Below, piece after piece: positions 50,723 to 59,820 of a stretch of 64,000 bases of DNA. The notes beneath the pieces are model-generated. The model saw only the letters and a program-made list of their open reading frames with translations. It was not told the DNA's origin and did no database searches. The DNA comes from Cyanophyceae cyanobacterium (GTDB lineage: Bacteria > Cyanobacteriota > Cyanobacteriia > Cyanobacteriales > JBHJGN01). Position 1 is the first letter of the stretch. Each line of letters opens with the position of its first letter. A program made the position numbers and the translations under genes. Where the stretch lies: positions 128,001 to 192,000 of the forward strand of contig JBHJGN010000004.1 of the NCBI GenBank assembly GCA_050331735.1, in the 5' to 3' direction.

Positions 50723-51196
50723 ATGACCAACACAGAAACCAAAGAAGTTTATGAGCGTGGCATTCTCGACCAGCTCATCAAGAATGCAGAAAGGCTAGCG
50801 GTCCTAGACGAACGAGTAGTTAGAAACTCAGAGAAGCTGGTGGTAGTTGAGCTTGGAGTAAATGAAGTCAAGGCTCATCTGACTAACATAGAAAGCAATG
50901 TAGCCAGCCTAGAAAGCAATGTAGCCAGCCTAGAAAGCAATGTGACTAACCTAGAAAGCAATGTAGCCAGCCTAGAAAGCAATGTGACTAACCTAGAAAG
51001 CAATGTAGCCAGCCTAGAAAGTAACGTAGCTACGTTACAGAGCGACATGAGTGAGGTTAAGCCTAAAGTTGAGGCAATTTACAAAACGCTAGGCTTTATC
51101 AAAACTGGAATAGTGACCATTGGTGTCGGAGTGCTGATTGGAATTGTGAGCAATGTTTTCAGCGCACCGATTTTGAAATTTTTAGGAGGAGGCTGA
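50723..51196 (+). CDS. Coiled-coil protein with tandem LESNVAS/LESNVTN heptads and C-terminal TM helix
   Basis: 157-aa ORF with a 21-bp repeat array and hydrophobic C-terminus. Confidence 0.8.
   Translation: MTNTETKEVYERGILDQLIKNAERLAVLDERVVRNSEKLVVVELGVNEVKAHLTNIESNVASLESNVASLESNVTNLESNVASLESNVTNLESNVASLESNVATLQSDMSEVKPKVEAIYKTLGFIKTGIVTIGVGVLIGIVSNVFSAPILKFLGGG
50881..51036 (+). repeat. 21-bp coding tandem repeat (about 7 units)
   Basis: CTAGAAAGCAATGTAGCCAGC and CTAGAAAGCAATGTGACTAAC units. Confidence 0.95.
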
Positions 51197-51270
51197 GAAA
51201 GAGGTAGGCTGTTTTTAACGGATACAGCCTCCCGTCCAAAGTCAAATATCGATACCAAGTTTGTAATAGA

Positions 51271-51705
51271 ATGACCAACAGCGAGAACGTCTACCGTCGC
51301 ATCAACGATGTGGAAGGAGTAGTAGCAGCTAACGTTCAGGGTATAGAAGCTAACCGGAATGCGATCGCAGAATTGACCGCGCTACTCAATCAAAATGCTC
51401 AGCAGCAGGTAACTACCCGTCAGCGGCTTGATGAGTTCATCGAGACCAGTAACTCTAACTTTGAGCGCTTGGTGAGAGATAGAGAGGAAGCCCAAAGCGA
51501 AATGGCAGAGCTTCAAAACCTTGTCGGGCAAATAGCGGCTAGTCAGCTCAACCTCAATAATGTTGTCATTCCCCGGCTAGCCGATAAGGTAGCTGAGGTA
51601 GACGAGCAGGTGAGGACTACTAGTGCTGGTTTACAGCAGCTAGAACGAACGGTAGATTACTTGATGAGACGAGACAGAGACCAGAACGGAGGGCCGCAGG
51701 AGTAA
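51271..51705 (+). CDS. Hypothetical coiled-coil protein
   Basis: 144-aa helical ORF ending LERTVDYLMRRD. Confidence 0.75.
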   Translation: MTNSENVYRRINDVEGVVAANVQGIEANRNAIAELTALLNQNAQQQVTTRQRLDEFIETSNSNFERLVRDREEAQSEMAELQNLVGQIAASQLNLNNVVIPRLADKVAEVDEQVRTTSAGLQQLERTVDYLMRRDRDQNGGPQE

Positions 51706-51734
51706 GCCGCTAGAAGCGATCGTAACAAAACTTC

Positions 51735-52009
51735 TTATATTATTGATCTAAAGGTTTCTTGGTGTTCTTTCTGAAACTCTCTTGCCTGCTGCAAGCGACT
51801 TCCCTGCAACAGATAGTCGCTAGCTTTTCTCGGATTATTGCTCCGCGCAGTTCTCCATTCATGAGCAGCGGCTTCAATGCGGCGTTGCTCGCTCAACCAA
51901 ACGCGGTTTTCATCGAGCCACTGCTTCAGCAAATGCCAGCGTCGAATCAGGGCTTCGTGAGCGACATTTACCACAGCCACTCGCCCTGCTTGCGCTCCTT
52001 TTTCGACTA
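51735..52009 (-). pseudogene. Fragment of an nSTAND1-type NTPase (STAND/WD40) gene
   Basis: VNVAHEALIRRW.LL..WL.ENR...RIE.AA.EW...LLQGSRL..A is the post-NTPase segment of nSTAND1 proteins; no P-loop or WD40 repeats; the 5' side ends at a MITE. Confidence 0.8.
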
Positions 52010-52119
52010 ATACCAAATCCGGTTTAAATACCCCACTTAAAAATTAGGTAAGGCAGGAGGCAGACGGCAGAAGGGTTTGCAAAGGAAGGAAACAGGGGTT
52101 TGAGATGCGGATTTGGTAT
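52010..52119. mobile_element. About 110-bp MITE-like element
   Basis: 12-bp terminal inverted repeats ATACCAAATCCG / CGGATTTGGTAT with further CCCC/GGGG pairing; internal AGGCAG repeats; no coding capacity. Confidence 0.7.
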
Positions 52120-52173
52120 AATTCGCTCGTCACAATTAATCGATTCTCCTTATCAGCTAATTCCTTAACCACC

Positions 52174-54348
52174 TTAACGAGAGCTTCCAAAAGCCTGACG
52201 CGCTTCTAAATGCGCTTCAATTTCTGAACGAGTCCGCCATACCGGACGCAGTTCCCCGCGAGCATAGAGCGGAAGCTGATCGCCAACGTGAGCTGAATCG
52301 GGTTGAGTAGCATTTCCGTAAGCCGTTAAAGCACTGGCGCGAACGGGATCGGCAAATTCAATGGCAGCGATGTAGGTATCTCCCGCCACAACGCGAAAGC
52401 CTTCTGCGGCTGGAACTGGTTCTAGGACGCGAAAGCTGCCCAGTTGTCCGGGACCGCCGCTAGCAGGGAGATCTCGCCCTTCGTACCGCAGCCGCACCAC
52501 CTCTCCCCAAGTCACATCTAAAGAACCATAGAGACTCTGCACCTGAGCTGCTACCTGCTCTAACGCGGTTACAGCGCCCGCTAAATCAGCAATGCCGTCT
52601 GGGGTAGTGAGGGGAGCCTCGGAACTCCAAGGAGTGGCAAATAAAGTGGTTGACTCTAATGACAGCGACCACAACGCGAACAACACTGCTCCTTCGCTCT
52701 CGGCGTTGGTTTGTCTGTCCCAGCTATCTAATACTTCTGCGGCGGCTAATCCAAGGGAGTTGGCCTGGAGCCGCGCTGCCGGGATCAGCTCGTCGAGCAG
52801 CCGATCTGCTAGCTCTAAGCGGGAAGAAAACTTTTTGGCAATCATCTCTTCAAAACTGAGGGTCGATTGTAGCAGCTTTAGCGATCGCTGAGGACGGAAG
52901 ATATTGTTGGTGTTGCCTAAAGCAGCCGGAGCAAAGTAAGCTGGATAATTCTGCGCATCAAGCAGACGAGGAAAGGTACTTGTCCAGGGGGGATCGTTGG
53001 TATTTTGAAGCCAGCCACTCTCAGGATCTAAGAGGCGAGGCAAGTCTTGGTAGGAGTGGTAGTCTGTCCAAAGCGTAGTGGCAGTATCGCCGGGAATCAC
53101 CCCTTGCCAGTCTTCCCAGGTTCCCGTCCGTACCGGAACAAGAGCGTTAAATACGTAGAAAATGTGTCCTTGGCGATCGCTATAGAGCAGATTAAACATC
53201 GGCAACTGAAGCGAGGACAGCGCTGTTTCCCACTCTGCTAAAGCGGTTGCCTGAGCCATCTGCCAAAACTGCTCTAGGAGTTGTGGTCGGTCTAGCCCCA
53301 CCACCCGGAGAGCATAAGCTTTCGTTTCCGTTTGGGCAATCACGGGTCCGTGAACCGAGCGCCGTACCGTCAGCGGTTCTTCTCGCACCGTTCCATTAGC
53401 GCTGACTTGAATCGTCTGGGTTTCTACCTCAAACGGACGCACTTCTCCATCCCAGAGGTAGCCCTCTTCTGCTAACGTCAGCTCATAGATATCCGCCCCA
53501 TCAAAAGTATTAACCGTCAGCGTCCAGCCCAAATCGTCGTTAAAGGCGATCGCTAAAAACGGCATGCCGACTAAAGTCGCTCCGTAGCTATTAATCTGTG
53601 GTGCGTTGAGGTGAGCTTCATAAAGCAGGAAAAGATCCGACCAAGGTAGGTGAGGGTTGGCCAACAGCATCGCCTGCTCGTCGGGTGAGTGAGAAGGAGC
53701 CACTGCCCAAGCATTGGACCCCAGATTAAGAAGAGGAGAGAGGCGATCACTCTCGGCACTAGCTGCAATTTGGGATTGAAAAGCCTCAAGCCGTAGAGGG
53801 TTGATGATGAAATGGAAGTGAATGACCCGCTGCATGTGGGCGAGAATATCCACTCCATTAATGGGTAGAACGGCCTGTAGCTCTTTGTCGATGCGGTTGG
53901 GGTTCTCTCGAACATAGCGATTGATCCCTTCTGCAAAAGCCTCCAGATACTCCTGCATCTGGGGACTTTGAACTTCATACCACTGCTGCGCTCTCGTTGG
54001 AATGCCCATCGTGCGCACATATTGGTCGGACTGGAAATAGTCTTCTCCCCAGTATTCGGCAGCTTTACCCCGAGCTTGACCATAGAGCCGCAGAATCAAA
54101 TTTCCGTGACTCTGGGTTTGTGCCCACCCAAAAGAACGAAACAGGCTAGGATGATCGTGGCTGAAAATATGAGGAACTCCCCAGGTGTCCCACAGAATTT
54201 CGCTGCTCGTTTTTCCAATCATTGGATTGCTGAATTGCCAAACGACAATTAACAGGCAGCTTAGCAGAAACAGCATTTTGACGAAAGTGAAGCCGTATAT
54301 AGCCTTACTTTCTCTCACAGGAGACCGTTTTACTCGTTTCTTTGTCAT
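52174..54348 (-). CDS. Penicillin amidase / acylase family Ntn-hydrolase (S45)
   Basis: WDTWGVPHI, GSNAWAV (nucleophile Ser), LLANPHL.W and SVHGPV motifs; the true start may be downstream (e.g. 54276). Confidence 0.92.
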   Translation of the reverse strand: MTKKRVKRSPVRESKAIYGFTFVKMLFLLSCLLIVVWQFSNPMIGKTSSEILWDTWGVPHIFSHDHPSLFRSFGWAQTQSHGNLILRLYGQARGKAAEYWGEDYFQSDQYVRTMGIPTRAQQWYEVQSPQMQEYLEAFAEGINRYVRENPNRIDKELQAVLPINGVDILAHMQRVIHFHFIINPLRLEAFQSQIAASAESDRLSPLLNLGSNAWAVAPSHSPDEQAMLLANPHLPWSDLFLLYEAHLNAPQINSYGATLVGMPFLAIAFNDDLGWTLTVNTFDGADIYELTLAEEGYLWDGEVRPFEVETQTIQVSANGTVREEPLTVRRSVHGPVIAQTETKAYALRVVGLDRPQLLEQFWQMAQATALAEWETALSSLQLPMFNLLYSDRQGHIFYVFNALVPVRTGTWEDWQGVIPGDTATTLWTDYHSYQDLPRLLDPESGWLQNTNDPPWTSTFPRLLDAQNYPAYFAPAALGNTNNIFRPQRSLKLLQSTLSFEEMIAKKFSSRLELADRLLDELIPAARLQANSLGLAAAEVLDSWDRQTNAESEGAVLFALWSLSLESTTLFATPWSSEAPLTTPDGIADLAGAVTALEQVAAQVQSLYGSLDVTWGEVVRLRYEGRDLPASGGPGQLGSFRVLEPVPAAEGFRVVAGDTYIAAIEFADPVRASALTAYGNATQPDSAHVGDQLPLYARGELRPVWRTRSEIEAHLEARQAFGSSR

Positions 54349-54357
54349 TTGCCCTCA

Positions 54358-54840
54358 TTAACGCTTGTGCTCGGGTAAAAACTCTTCATCCAGCAACTGC
54401 TCGACCGTGTAAGGACATTGTTCAGGGAAAACAGGAGACTCCAACCCAGCTTCAATGTATTTCTGCTCGACGAGTTTTTTGGCTTGTTTGTACGTTCTAT
54501 TCGCCTCAGAAGCAAAGTAGTTGTACAGTGTTTTTGGAGCAAGATCGTCCTCTAACTGAATGCGAAAAGTAAGAATTTCTTTAGCCCAACTCTTCGTGTA
54601 GTAGTCCCGATTGAAAATCCAGAATTGATAGAGAAGTAGATGAATCAATAGCTGCCGCTGCAAACTTTTGACTTCACGCTTTTCCAACCTTCCCAATGCC
54701 TCAATTTCCTCTTGTAGATTTTTCCAGTCTATGTTTTCAAAGTCTTTAGCAGCGATCGCTTTCGCTTGCTCCTGCGTCCACTGGTAGAAGTCGGTATCGT
54801 AGAGAGTATCCGAATCTTTTTCCTTAGCTGTTATTTTCAT
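54358..54840 (-). CDS. DUF29 family protein
   Basis: LYDTDFYQW..Q...D..NL.EEIE.LG...L..HLL...FP..CPY..EQLLD..FLP. Confidence 0.92.
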   Translation of the reverse strand: MKITAKEKDSDTLYDTDFYQWTQEQAKAIAAKDFENIDWKNLQEEIEALGRLEKREVKSLQRQLLIHLLLYQFWIFNRDYYTKSWAKEILTFRIQLEDDLAPKTLYNYFASEANRTYKQAKKLVEQKYIEAGLESPVFPEQCPYTVEQLLDEEFLPEHKR

Positions 54841-55089
54841 GTTTGTATAAAGTATGAACTACCGGTTAGGCAAATGCGACAACAACTGCAAGAGAGGCTT
54901 TTCGGTTTGCATGATAAGCTTTATGTGCCGTCTGTATTTATCAAGAACAAAGCTGTCTTCTGACATTGACTTCTGTAGCACTCTTTAGATCGCTCAGAAA
55001 AACAGGCGCAGAAGTCAGGAGACAGTAGAGCGATCAACCATTACCAAAATTAGGGCATAGACCCTTCCCTCAACCAACGTAGATACTCT

Positions 55090-55578
55090 ATGCATTACTG
55101 GTTAATGAAGTCAGAACCTCAAGTGTATAGCATCAGCGACCTGCAACGGGAACAGCAAACGGTTTGGGACGGCGTAAGAAACTACCAAGCCCGCAATTTT
55201 CTGCGACAAATGCAGGTGGGAGATTGCGCTTTCTTCTATCATTCCAATACTAAGCCGCCAGGAATTGTTGGTGCGATGAAGATTATTCAAAGCAATATTG
55301 CAGATCCGACGCAGTTTGATTCTAAGAGCGAGTCTTACGATCCAAAATCCACTGTAGACTCACCTCGCTGGCAAACCGTCAAGGTGGAGTTTGTCGAAGC
55401 CTTTGCGAAGATGATTGAGCGATCGACTCTCAAGCAGAAATTTAGTGGCGACGAGCTTTTAGTGGTCAAACGAGGCAACCGCTTATCGGTAATGCCAGTT
55501 GCAGAGGCGATCGCCCAACAAATTTTAGCAATAGCGAGGAGTCAATCATCAGTGCCCTATTCCCAAAGGACAAGTTAA
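55090..55578 (+). CDS. EVE domain protein
   Basis: YWLMKSEP, WDGVRNYQARN, FFYHS and RLSVMPV motifs. Confidence 0.95.
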   Translation: MHYWLMKSEPQVYSISDLQREQQTVWDGVRNYQARNFLRQMQVGDCAFFYHSNTKPPGIVGAMKIIQSNIADPTQFDSKSESYDPKSTVDSPRWQTVKVEFVEAFAKMIERSTLKQKFSGDELLVVKRGNRLSVMPVAEAIAQQILAIARSQSSVPYSQRTS

Positions 55579-56663
55579 CCAAGGGCCCTGCGAATGGCGT
55601 TAGCTGTCGCCGGAGCCAGCAACACGCCGTTGCGATAGTGACCAGTAGCAAGCAGAACGTTACTATACCCCGGTAGCAACCCAATCAGCGGGGCGGGCTG
55701 ACCTTCAGGACGCGGACGCAGGCCGGACCAGGTTCGGACAACCGTCGCCTCAGCGAGGGCTGGACAAAAGGAAATCGCTTGCTGTCTGACGGCTTCTAAG
55801 AGGGCGGGTTGAGCGATCGCTTCTCCGGCTCCGACAAACTCCACCGTTGCCCCAACCCAGTATTCCGTGGCCGTGACCGGCACAAGGTGAACATCATCTC
55901 CGGTAACGATCGGTTGAAACTCAGGATTTCCACAGGGACGCTCTAGCTTGAGCTGTAGCGCTTGCCCCAGGACTGGACGAATATCGCTCTTTTGTTGAAG
56001 AGTTGAGGTGAGAGCCGTTGAGCCTAAACCCGCCGCCACCACGATCCAATCGCTCTCGACAGCGCCCGCCGTTGTTAAAACTTGGTTGCAGCGGCTTGAA
56101 TTTGCCGATTCTACACGGATAGAGGCCAGTTTTTTGACTTGGGCTTCAAACAGACAGCGAACGCCATTGTGAGTCGCTCCGGCCACCAAGGCTTGAGTCA
56201 ACGCCGCCGGATGTACCTGACGATCTTGGGGAGAATAGACGGCCCCAGTCATGTTTTCGCTCTGTAGTTGCGGGCAGTGACGACGGACCTGGTTGTAGTC
56301 CCAAATCTCAAGCTGCCAGCCTTGAGAGTGGCGGACTTCTACAAGCTTCTCCCACCGCTCCCGCTCCTCGGCGGCAAAGAGCCTTAAAATCCCCTGGCGG
56401 TTGAACGGAATTTGCTGGCCCGTCAGCGCCTCCAATTCTGGGATCAGGGTTTCGTAGCGCTCCAGACTTTCCTGGCGTAATCGCCACGCTCTCCCCTTCG
56501 TCTTATGGCTAATCACTCCCATCAAAACTCCTAGGGCTGCCCCTGTAGAACCCGATGCCGGAGTTTGTTGGTCAATTAGCGTCACCTCAAGCCCGGGGAC
56601 GCAGCTCAGCTCGTAGGCGATCGCCGCACCTACCACGCCGCACCCAACGATTGTTACACGCAT
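55575..56663 (-). CDS. FAD-dependent oxidoreductase (DAO/ThiO-like)
   Basis: IVGCGVVGAAIA, WSGLRP and TGHYRNGVLLAP motifs; start placed at MRVTIVG. Confidence 0.9.
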   Translation of the reverse strand: MRVTIVGCGVVGAAIAYELSCVPGLEVTLIDQQTPASGSTGAALGVLMGVISHKTKGRAWRLRQESLERYETLIPELEALTGQQIPFNRQGILRLFAAEERERWEKLVEVRHSQGWQLEIWDYNQVRRHCPQLQSENMTGAVYSPQDRQVHPAALTQALVAGATHNGVRCLFEAQVKKLASIRVESANSSRCNQVLTTAGAVESDWIVVAAGLGSTALTSTLQQKSDIRPVLGQALQLKLERPCGNPEFQPIVTGDDVHLVPVTATEYWVGATVEFVGAGEAIAQPALLEAVRQQAISFCPALAEATVVRTWSGLRPRPEGQPAPLIGLLPGYSNVLLATGHYRNGVLLAPATANAIRRALG

Positions 56664-56698
56664 ATTCAGTTCCCAGTTAGCAATGAACAGTGAACTGG

Positions 56699-57175
56699 TC
56701 AACTCATTTGCTCATTGTTCACTGTTGATTGTTCGTTGTTTGGGACCAGATCCAAAAAGGCATCAAAATCATCGAGGGCTTCTCTAAACTGAGCGGCTGC
56801 CAAATCGTAGTTTTCTTCTTTAGCAGCGGCATCAATTTGTTCGATATGGAAGAATAAGTCCTTGGAAATTGGTTTGGCTGTTTTCTGGTCTGAGGGCAGT
56901 AAATTGCGAGAAATATAGCTGATATCTTGTCGGAGCTGACCGAGGGGACCGTGAATAAACGTTTTGGTATTCGTCCAATCTTGAGCCTGAATGTAATTAG
57001 AAAGTTCTGACATTCTTTCCCGAGCCGTTTTGACAGGAGTCAGAACAGTCTGTAGTTGAGAAATGGTTTCGGCGGAATAGGTCGGAGGTGGAGTCGTTGC
57101 CTTGGGACCGCCACAGCTTACGAGGAGGGTTGCCACCAAGGCCAGTACGAAAGAGACAATAGACAGACGCATCAC
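56699..57175 (-). CDS. psbQ: Photosystem II extrinsic lipoprotein PsbQ (CyanoQ)
   Basis: Lipobox LVSC, PPPTYS and W...FIHGPLG.LR...LLP.DQ motifs. Confidence 0.93.
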   Translation of the reverse strand: MMRLSIVSFVLALVATLLVSCGGPKATTPPPTYSAETISQLQTVLTPVKTARERMSELSNYIQAQDWTNTKTFIHGPLGQLRQDISYISRNLLPSDQKTAKPISKDLFFHIEQIDAAAKEENYDLAAAQFREALDDFDAFLDLVPNNEQSTVNNEQMS

Positions 57176-57243
57176 TAAGAAAAAATTGCATTCTCAGAAT
57201 TCAGTTTACCAGTAACCCACCCATAGCAAGAGCCGAAACCGAG

Positions 57244-58005
57244 TTAACCCGACTGAAACTGAGACAGAAAAGCATCTCTCCCCGCTTTTTTTGGCTGAAG
57301 TTGACCGTCCTCTAAATACAGGATGGAGTCAGCCAAATCGACGATGCGAGGGTCGTGGGTCACAATTAAGACCGTCGTGCCGCGCTCTTTGGCAAGCTGA
57401 TGTAGCAATTGCGCGATCGCCTGTCCGCTGCGAGAATCGAGAGCTGCCGTGGGTTCGTCTGCCATAATCAGGGGGGGATTTCCGGCGAGAGCGCGGGCGA
57501 TCGCTACCCGTTGCTTTTGTCCTCCCGAAAGATCGCGGGGAAGCTGTTCGGCTTTGTCAGCGAGCCCAACCGACTCCAGCAGCACTCGCGCTTCGTTTTT
57601 GGCACATTTACCGCGAATGCCTTTGATGTTGAGCGCGACTTCAATATTTTCGGCAGCGTTGAGCGCGGGAAACAGGTTGAATCCTTGAAAGATAAAGCCA
57701 ATATTCTCTCTTCTAAACTGGGTCAGCCGCCGCCGGGGCAGGTCGGTGATGTTTTGCCCGAGCAGGTGAACGCTGCCGGCGGTTGGGGTCATCAGCCCTG
57801 CCAAAATCGACAGCAGAGTGGTTTTTCCCGATCCCGATGGTCCCATCATTAGCTTCAGCTCGCCTTTAGCAATCTTGAGATTGATGCCCCGGAGGGCCTG
57901 GAAACGCTGAGAACCGTTTTGGAACACCATTTCCAAACCTCTCGCGGCGATCGCGGCGCTAGCGGCGCTGGTTGAATTAGGCCTTAAAGACAATTGCTGG
58001 GTCAA
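57244..58005 (-). CDS. ABC transporter ATP-binding protein (DevA/LolD-like)
   Basis: GPSGSGKTT, LSGGQKQRVAIARA, ADEPTAALD and VTHD motifs. Confidence 0.92.
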   Translation of the reverse strand: MTQQLSLRPNSTSAASAAIAARGLEMVFQNGSQRFQALRGINLKIAKGELKLMMGPSGSGKTTLLSILAGLMTPTAGSVHLLGQNITDLPRRRLTQFRRENIGFIFQGFNLFPALNAAENIEVALNIKGIRGKCAKNEARVLLESVGLADKAEQLPRDLSGGQKQRVAIARALAGNPPLIMADEPTAALDSRSGQAIAQLLHQLAKERGTTVLIVTHDPRIVDLADSILYLEDGQLQPKKAGRDAFLSQFQSG

Positions 58006-59224
58006 GACGAGTCACCTTTTTAATCGCGAGAAAACCTGAACCGACACACATGACGATCACCAGACCCAACACGCCAGCGGCGGCGGCGGGAGTAATCAAA
58101 ATAATAATTCCTTCGGTAGCAATCCAGGACTGAACCCCGAGGCAGAGCAGCATCCCAGGGATATATCCTAAGACTGCCATCCAGACGGCTTGTTCCATAA
58201 CAACACCGTACAGCAAGCGATCAGGGGCTCCCATCGCTTTCAGCGTCCCAAACTCTTTGATGTGGTCGGTGACAGAAGCGTAGAGAATTTGCGTGACGAC
58301 CACCATCCCGACAATCACGCCCACGGTGGCTCCCAGCCCTAAAATTAAGCCAATTCCCGTTCTTCCTTCCCAATATTCCCGCGTTTTCTGAGCCATTTCT
58401 GCTCTTGTGTAGGCTCGGACTCCGGGCAATCTGCTTTCTAGGCGGCGCTGGAGAGCTTCGATATTCTCACCGGGAGCTGCTTTCACTAAAACATAGGTAA
58501 TCGGGTCGGTTAAGTTTAAAGCTTCTGGCGTCGGAGCCGCCAATTGTTCAACATCGGCTTTTTCATATACTCTCGTACACCGAAAATCCTGAGCATTCCC
58601 GTCCGAGGGAACCTGACAGTTCAGTTCCACCGACAGTCCGGCATTGAGATAAGCGTTGGCGTTTTCGAGGGAAGTAAACAGAAAAGAAGAGGTAACGATG
58701 GATTGACTCTCTTCTGTAATGGCTGCAATTTGCGCTGGAAAGGAATTCACCGTGCCAATCTCCCCAAGCTGCTTCTCCAAGGAAGATAGACGGCTTCTGT
58801 CTACCATGACGTTGTAAGGTTTTGCCAAAGCGCTCAGCTCTCCTTGCGCCACTTTTCCCGGCTCAAATAGCTGTCCAGCCGGATCGAAGCCGACAAACTT
58901 AACTGGAACGGTTTCCCCCGAAGCCAATTGCCATCTAGAAGACCCCAGCAGCAGCGCTTCCGCACGCTCAACCCCGTCAACTTCTCGCGCTTGAGCTAGT
59001 TGAGCTACCAAGATCGGTTCCGTTTGCTCAAAGTTAACCATGCGCTCGGAAGTCACCCAAATATCCGCTGAAGATTCCTCAATCAGCAGAACAGTTGAGC
59101 GAGTAAACCCTTTAAAAATGCCGGTTTGAATGGTCACTAAACTGACAGCAAACATGATTCCCGCTTGAGCAACCAAAAAGCGCGGCAGATCTTCTAATAA
59201 ATTTTTACGGGCAATGGATACCAT
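57977..59224 (-). CDS. ABC transporter permease (DevC/FtsX-like)
   Basis: MVSIARKNL N-terminus; C-terminal EFGTLKAMGA and DPAIVFK. Confidence 0.9.
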   Translation of the reverse strand: MVSIARKNLLEDLPRFLVAQAGIMFAVSLVTIQTGIFKGFTRSTVLLIEESSADIWVTSERMVNFEQTEPILVAQLAQAREVDGVERAEALLLGSSRWQLASGETVPVKFVGFDPAGQLFEPGKVAQGELSALAKPYNVMVDRSRLSSLEKQLGEIGTVNSFPAQIAAITEESQSIVTSSFLFTSLENANAYLNAGLSVELNCQVPSDGNAQDFRCTRVYEKADVEQLAAPTPEALNLTDPITYVLVKAAPGENIEALQRRLESRLPGVRAYTRAEMAQKTREYWEGRTGIGLILGLGATVGVIVGMVVVTQILYASVTDHIKEFGTLKAMGAPDRLLYGVVMEQAVWMAVLGYIPGMLLCLGVQSWIATEGIIILITPAAAAGVLGLVIVMCVGSGFLAIKKVTRLDPAIVFKA

Positions 59225-59393
59225 AATCAGCGAGAAAACGTTTACCTCAACCCTATTTTACTTAACCGAGGAAGTCCTCTGCCGTCCTGATTTTCACGCT
59301 ATGAAGTCACAATACTGTTTGAAACTGAACCTGAGATGAGAGGCCAACATAAATACTCTTAAATGCTAACCGTCTTCCTCCTTCTGAAGCATC

Positions 59394-59423
59394 AGCCCCT
59401 AGTTTAATGTTTATTGAGGGGCT
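59394..59423. terminator. Stem-loop downstream of tRNA-Gln and the structured element
   Basis: AGCCCCT...AGGGGCT inverted repeat. Confidence 0.45.
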
Positions 59424-59567
59424 AAATCGTATAGAGCGACACTCCTACGTCGGCGACGCTAGCGGACACCTCGTTGTCTGCTCCTAAGTTGTCAAGGAAG
59501 CACAGCAAAATCGCCCTTCACTAAAAACCGCAAAGGGATTACCTGCTTAAAGCGTTAGCGAACTGGA

Positions 59568-59639
59568 CTGGGGTGCTAGGATTCGAACCTAGGAATGGCG
59601 GGACCAAAACCCGCTGCCTTACCGCTTGGCTACACCCCA
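59568..59639 (-). tRNA. trnQ: tRNA-Gln (TTG)
   Basis: Reverse complement TGGGGTGTAGCCAAGCGGTAAGGCAGCGGGTTTTGGTCCCGCCATTCCTAGGTTCGAATCCTAGCACCCCAG; anticodon TTG. Confidence 0.97.
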
Positions 59640-59657
59640 ACGGTATCGACCTTGGTT

Positions 59658-59688
59658 ATTGTAGCAAAAACTAGCCGGAAACTGTCAA
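59658..59688 (-). promoter_or_regulatory. Sigma70-type promoter for tRNA-Gln
   Basis: Minus strand TTGACA, a long 19-nt spacer ending TGC, then TACAAT (extended -10). Confidence 0.55.
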
Positions 59689-59820
59689 GAGCCTGAGTTC
59701 AGTTTTCTGTCAAAAATGCCAGCCTGTTGTTTAACTGCCGGAGCTCCGGCCTGACTTCGTTTCAATTCCGGAAATTTGCTCGATAATTAAAAATATAGTA
59801 ACAGCAAAAATATTTAAGTC

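Noticed and set aside
50881..51036. Possible CRISPR array
   Set aside because: Head-to-tail 21-bp units without unique spacers, in frame within a CDS, and no cas genes.
46851..55578. Uma2, DUF29 and EVE genes as a defence island
   Set aside because: They are scattered among housekeeping genes and belong to families commonly dispersed in cyanobacteria; no operon structure.
59391..59567. Possible IscB omega-RNA/HEARO RNA, CAST tracrRNA or integrated element at tRNA-Gln
   Set aside because: No iscB, tnpB, cas12k or integrase nearby and no duplicated tRNA 3' end seen; kept only as an unassigned structured element.
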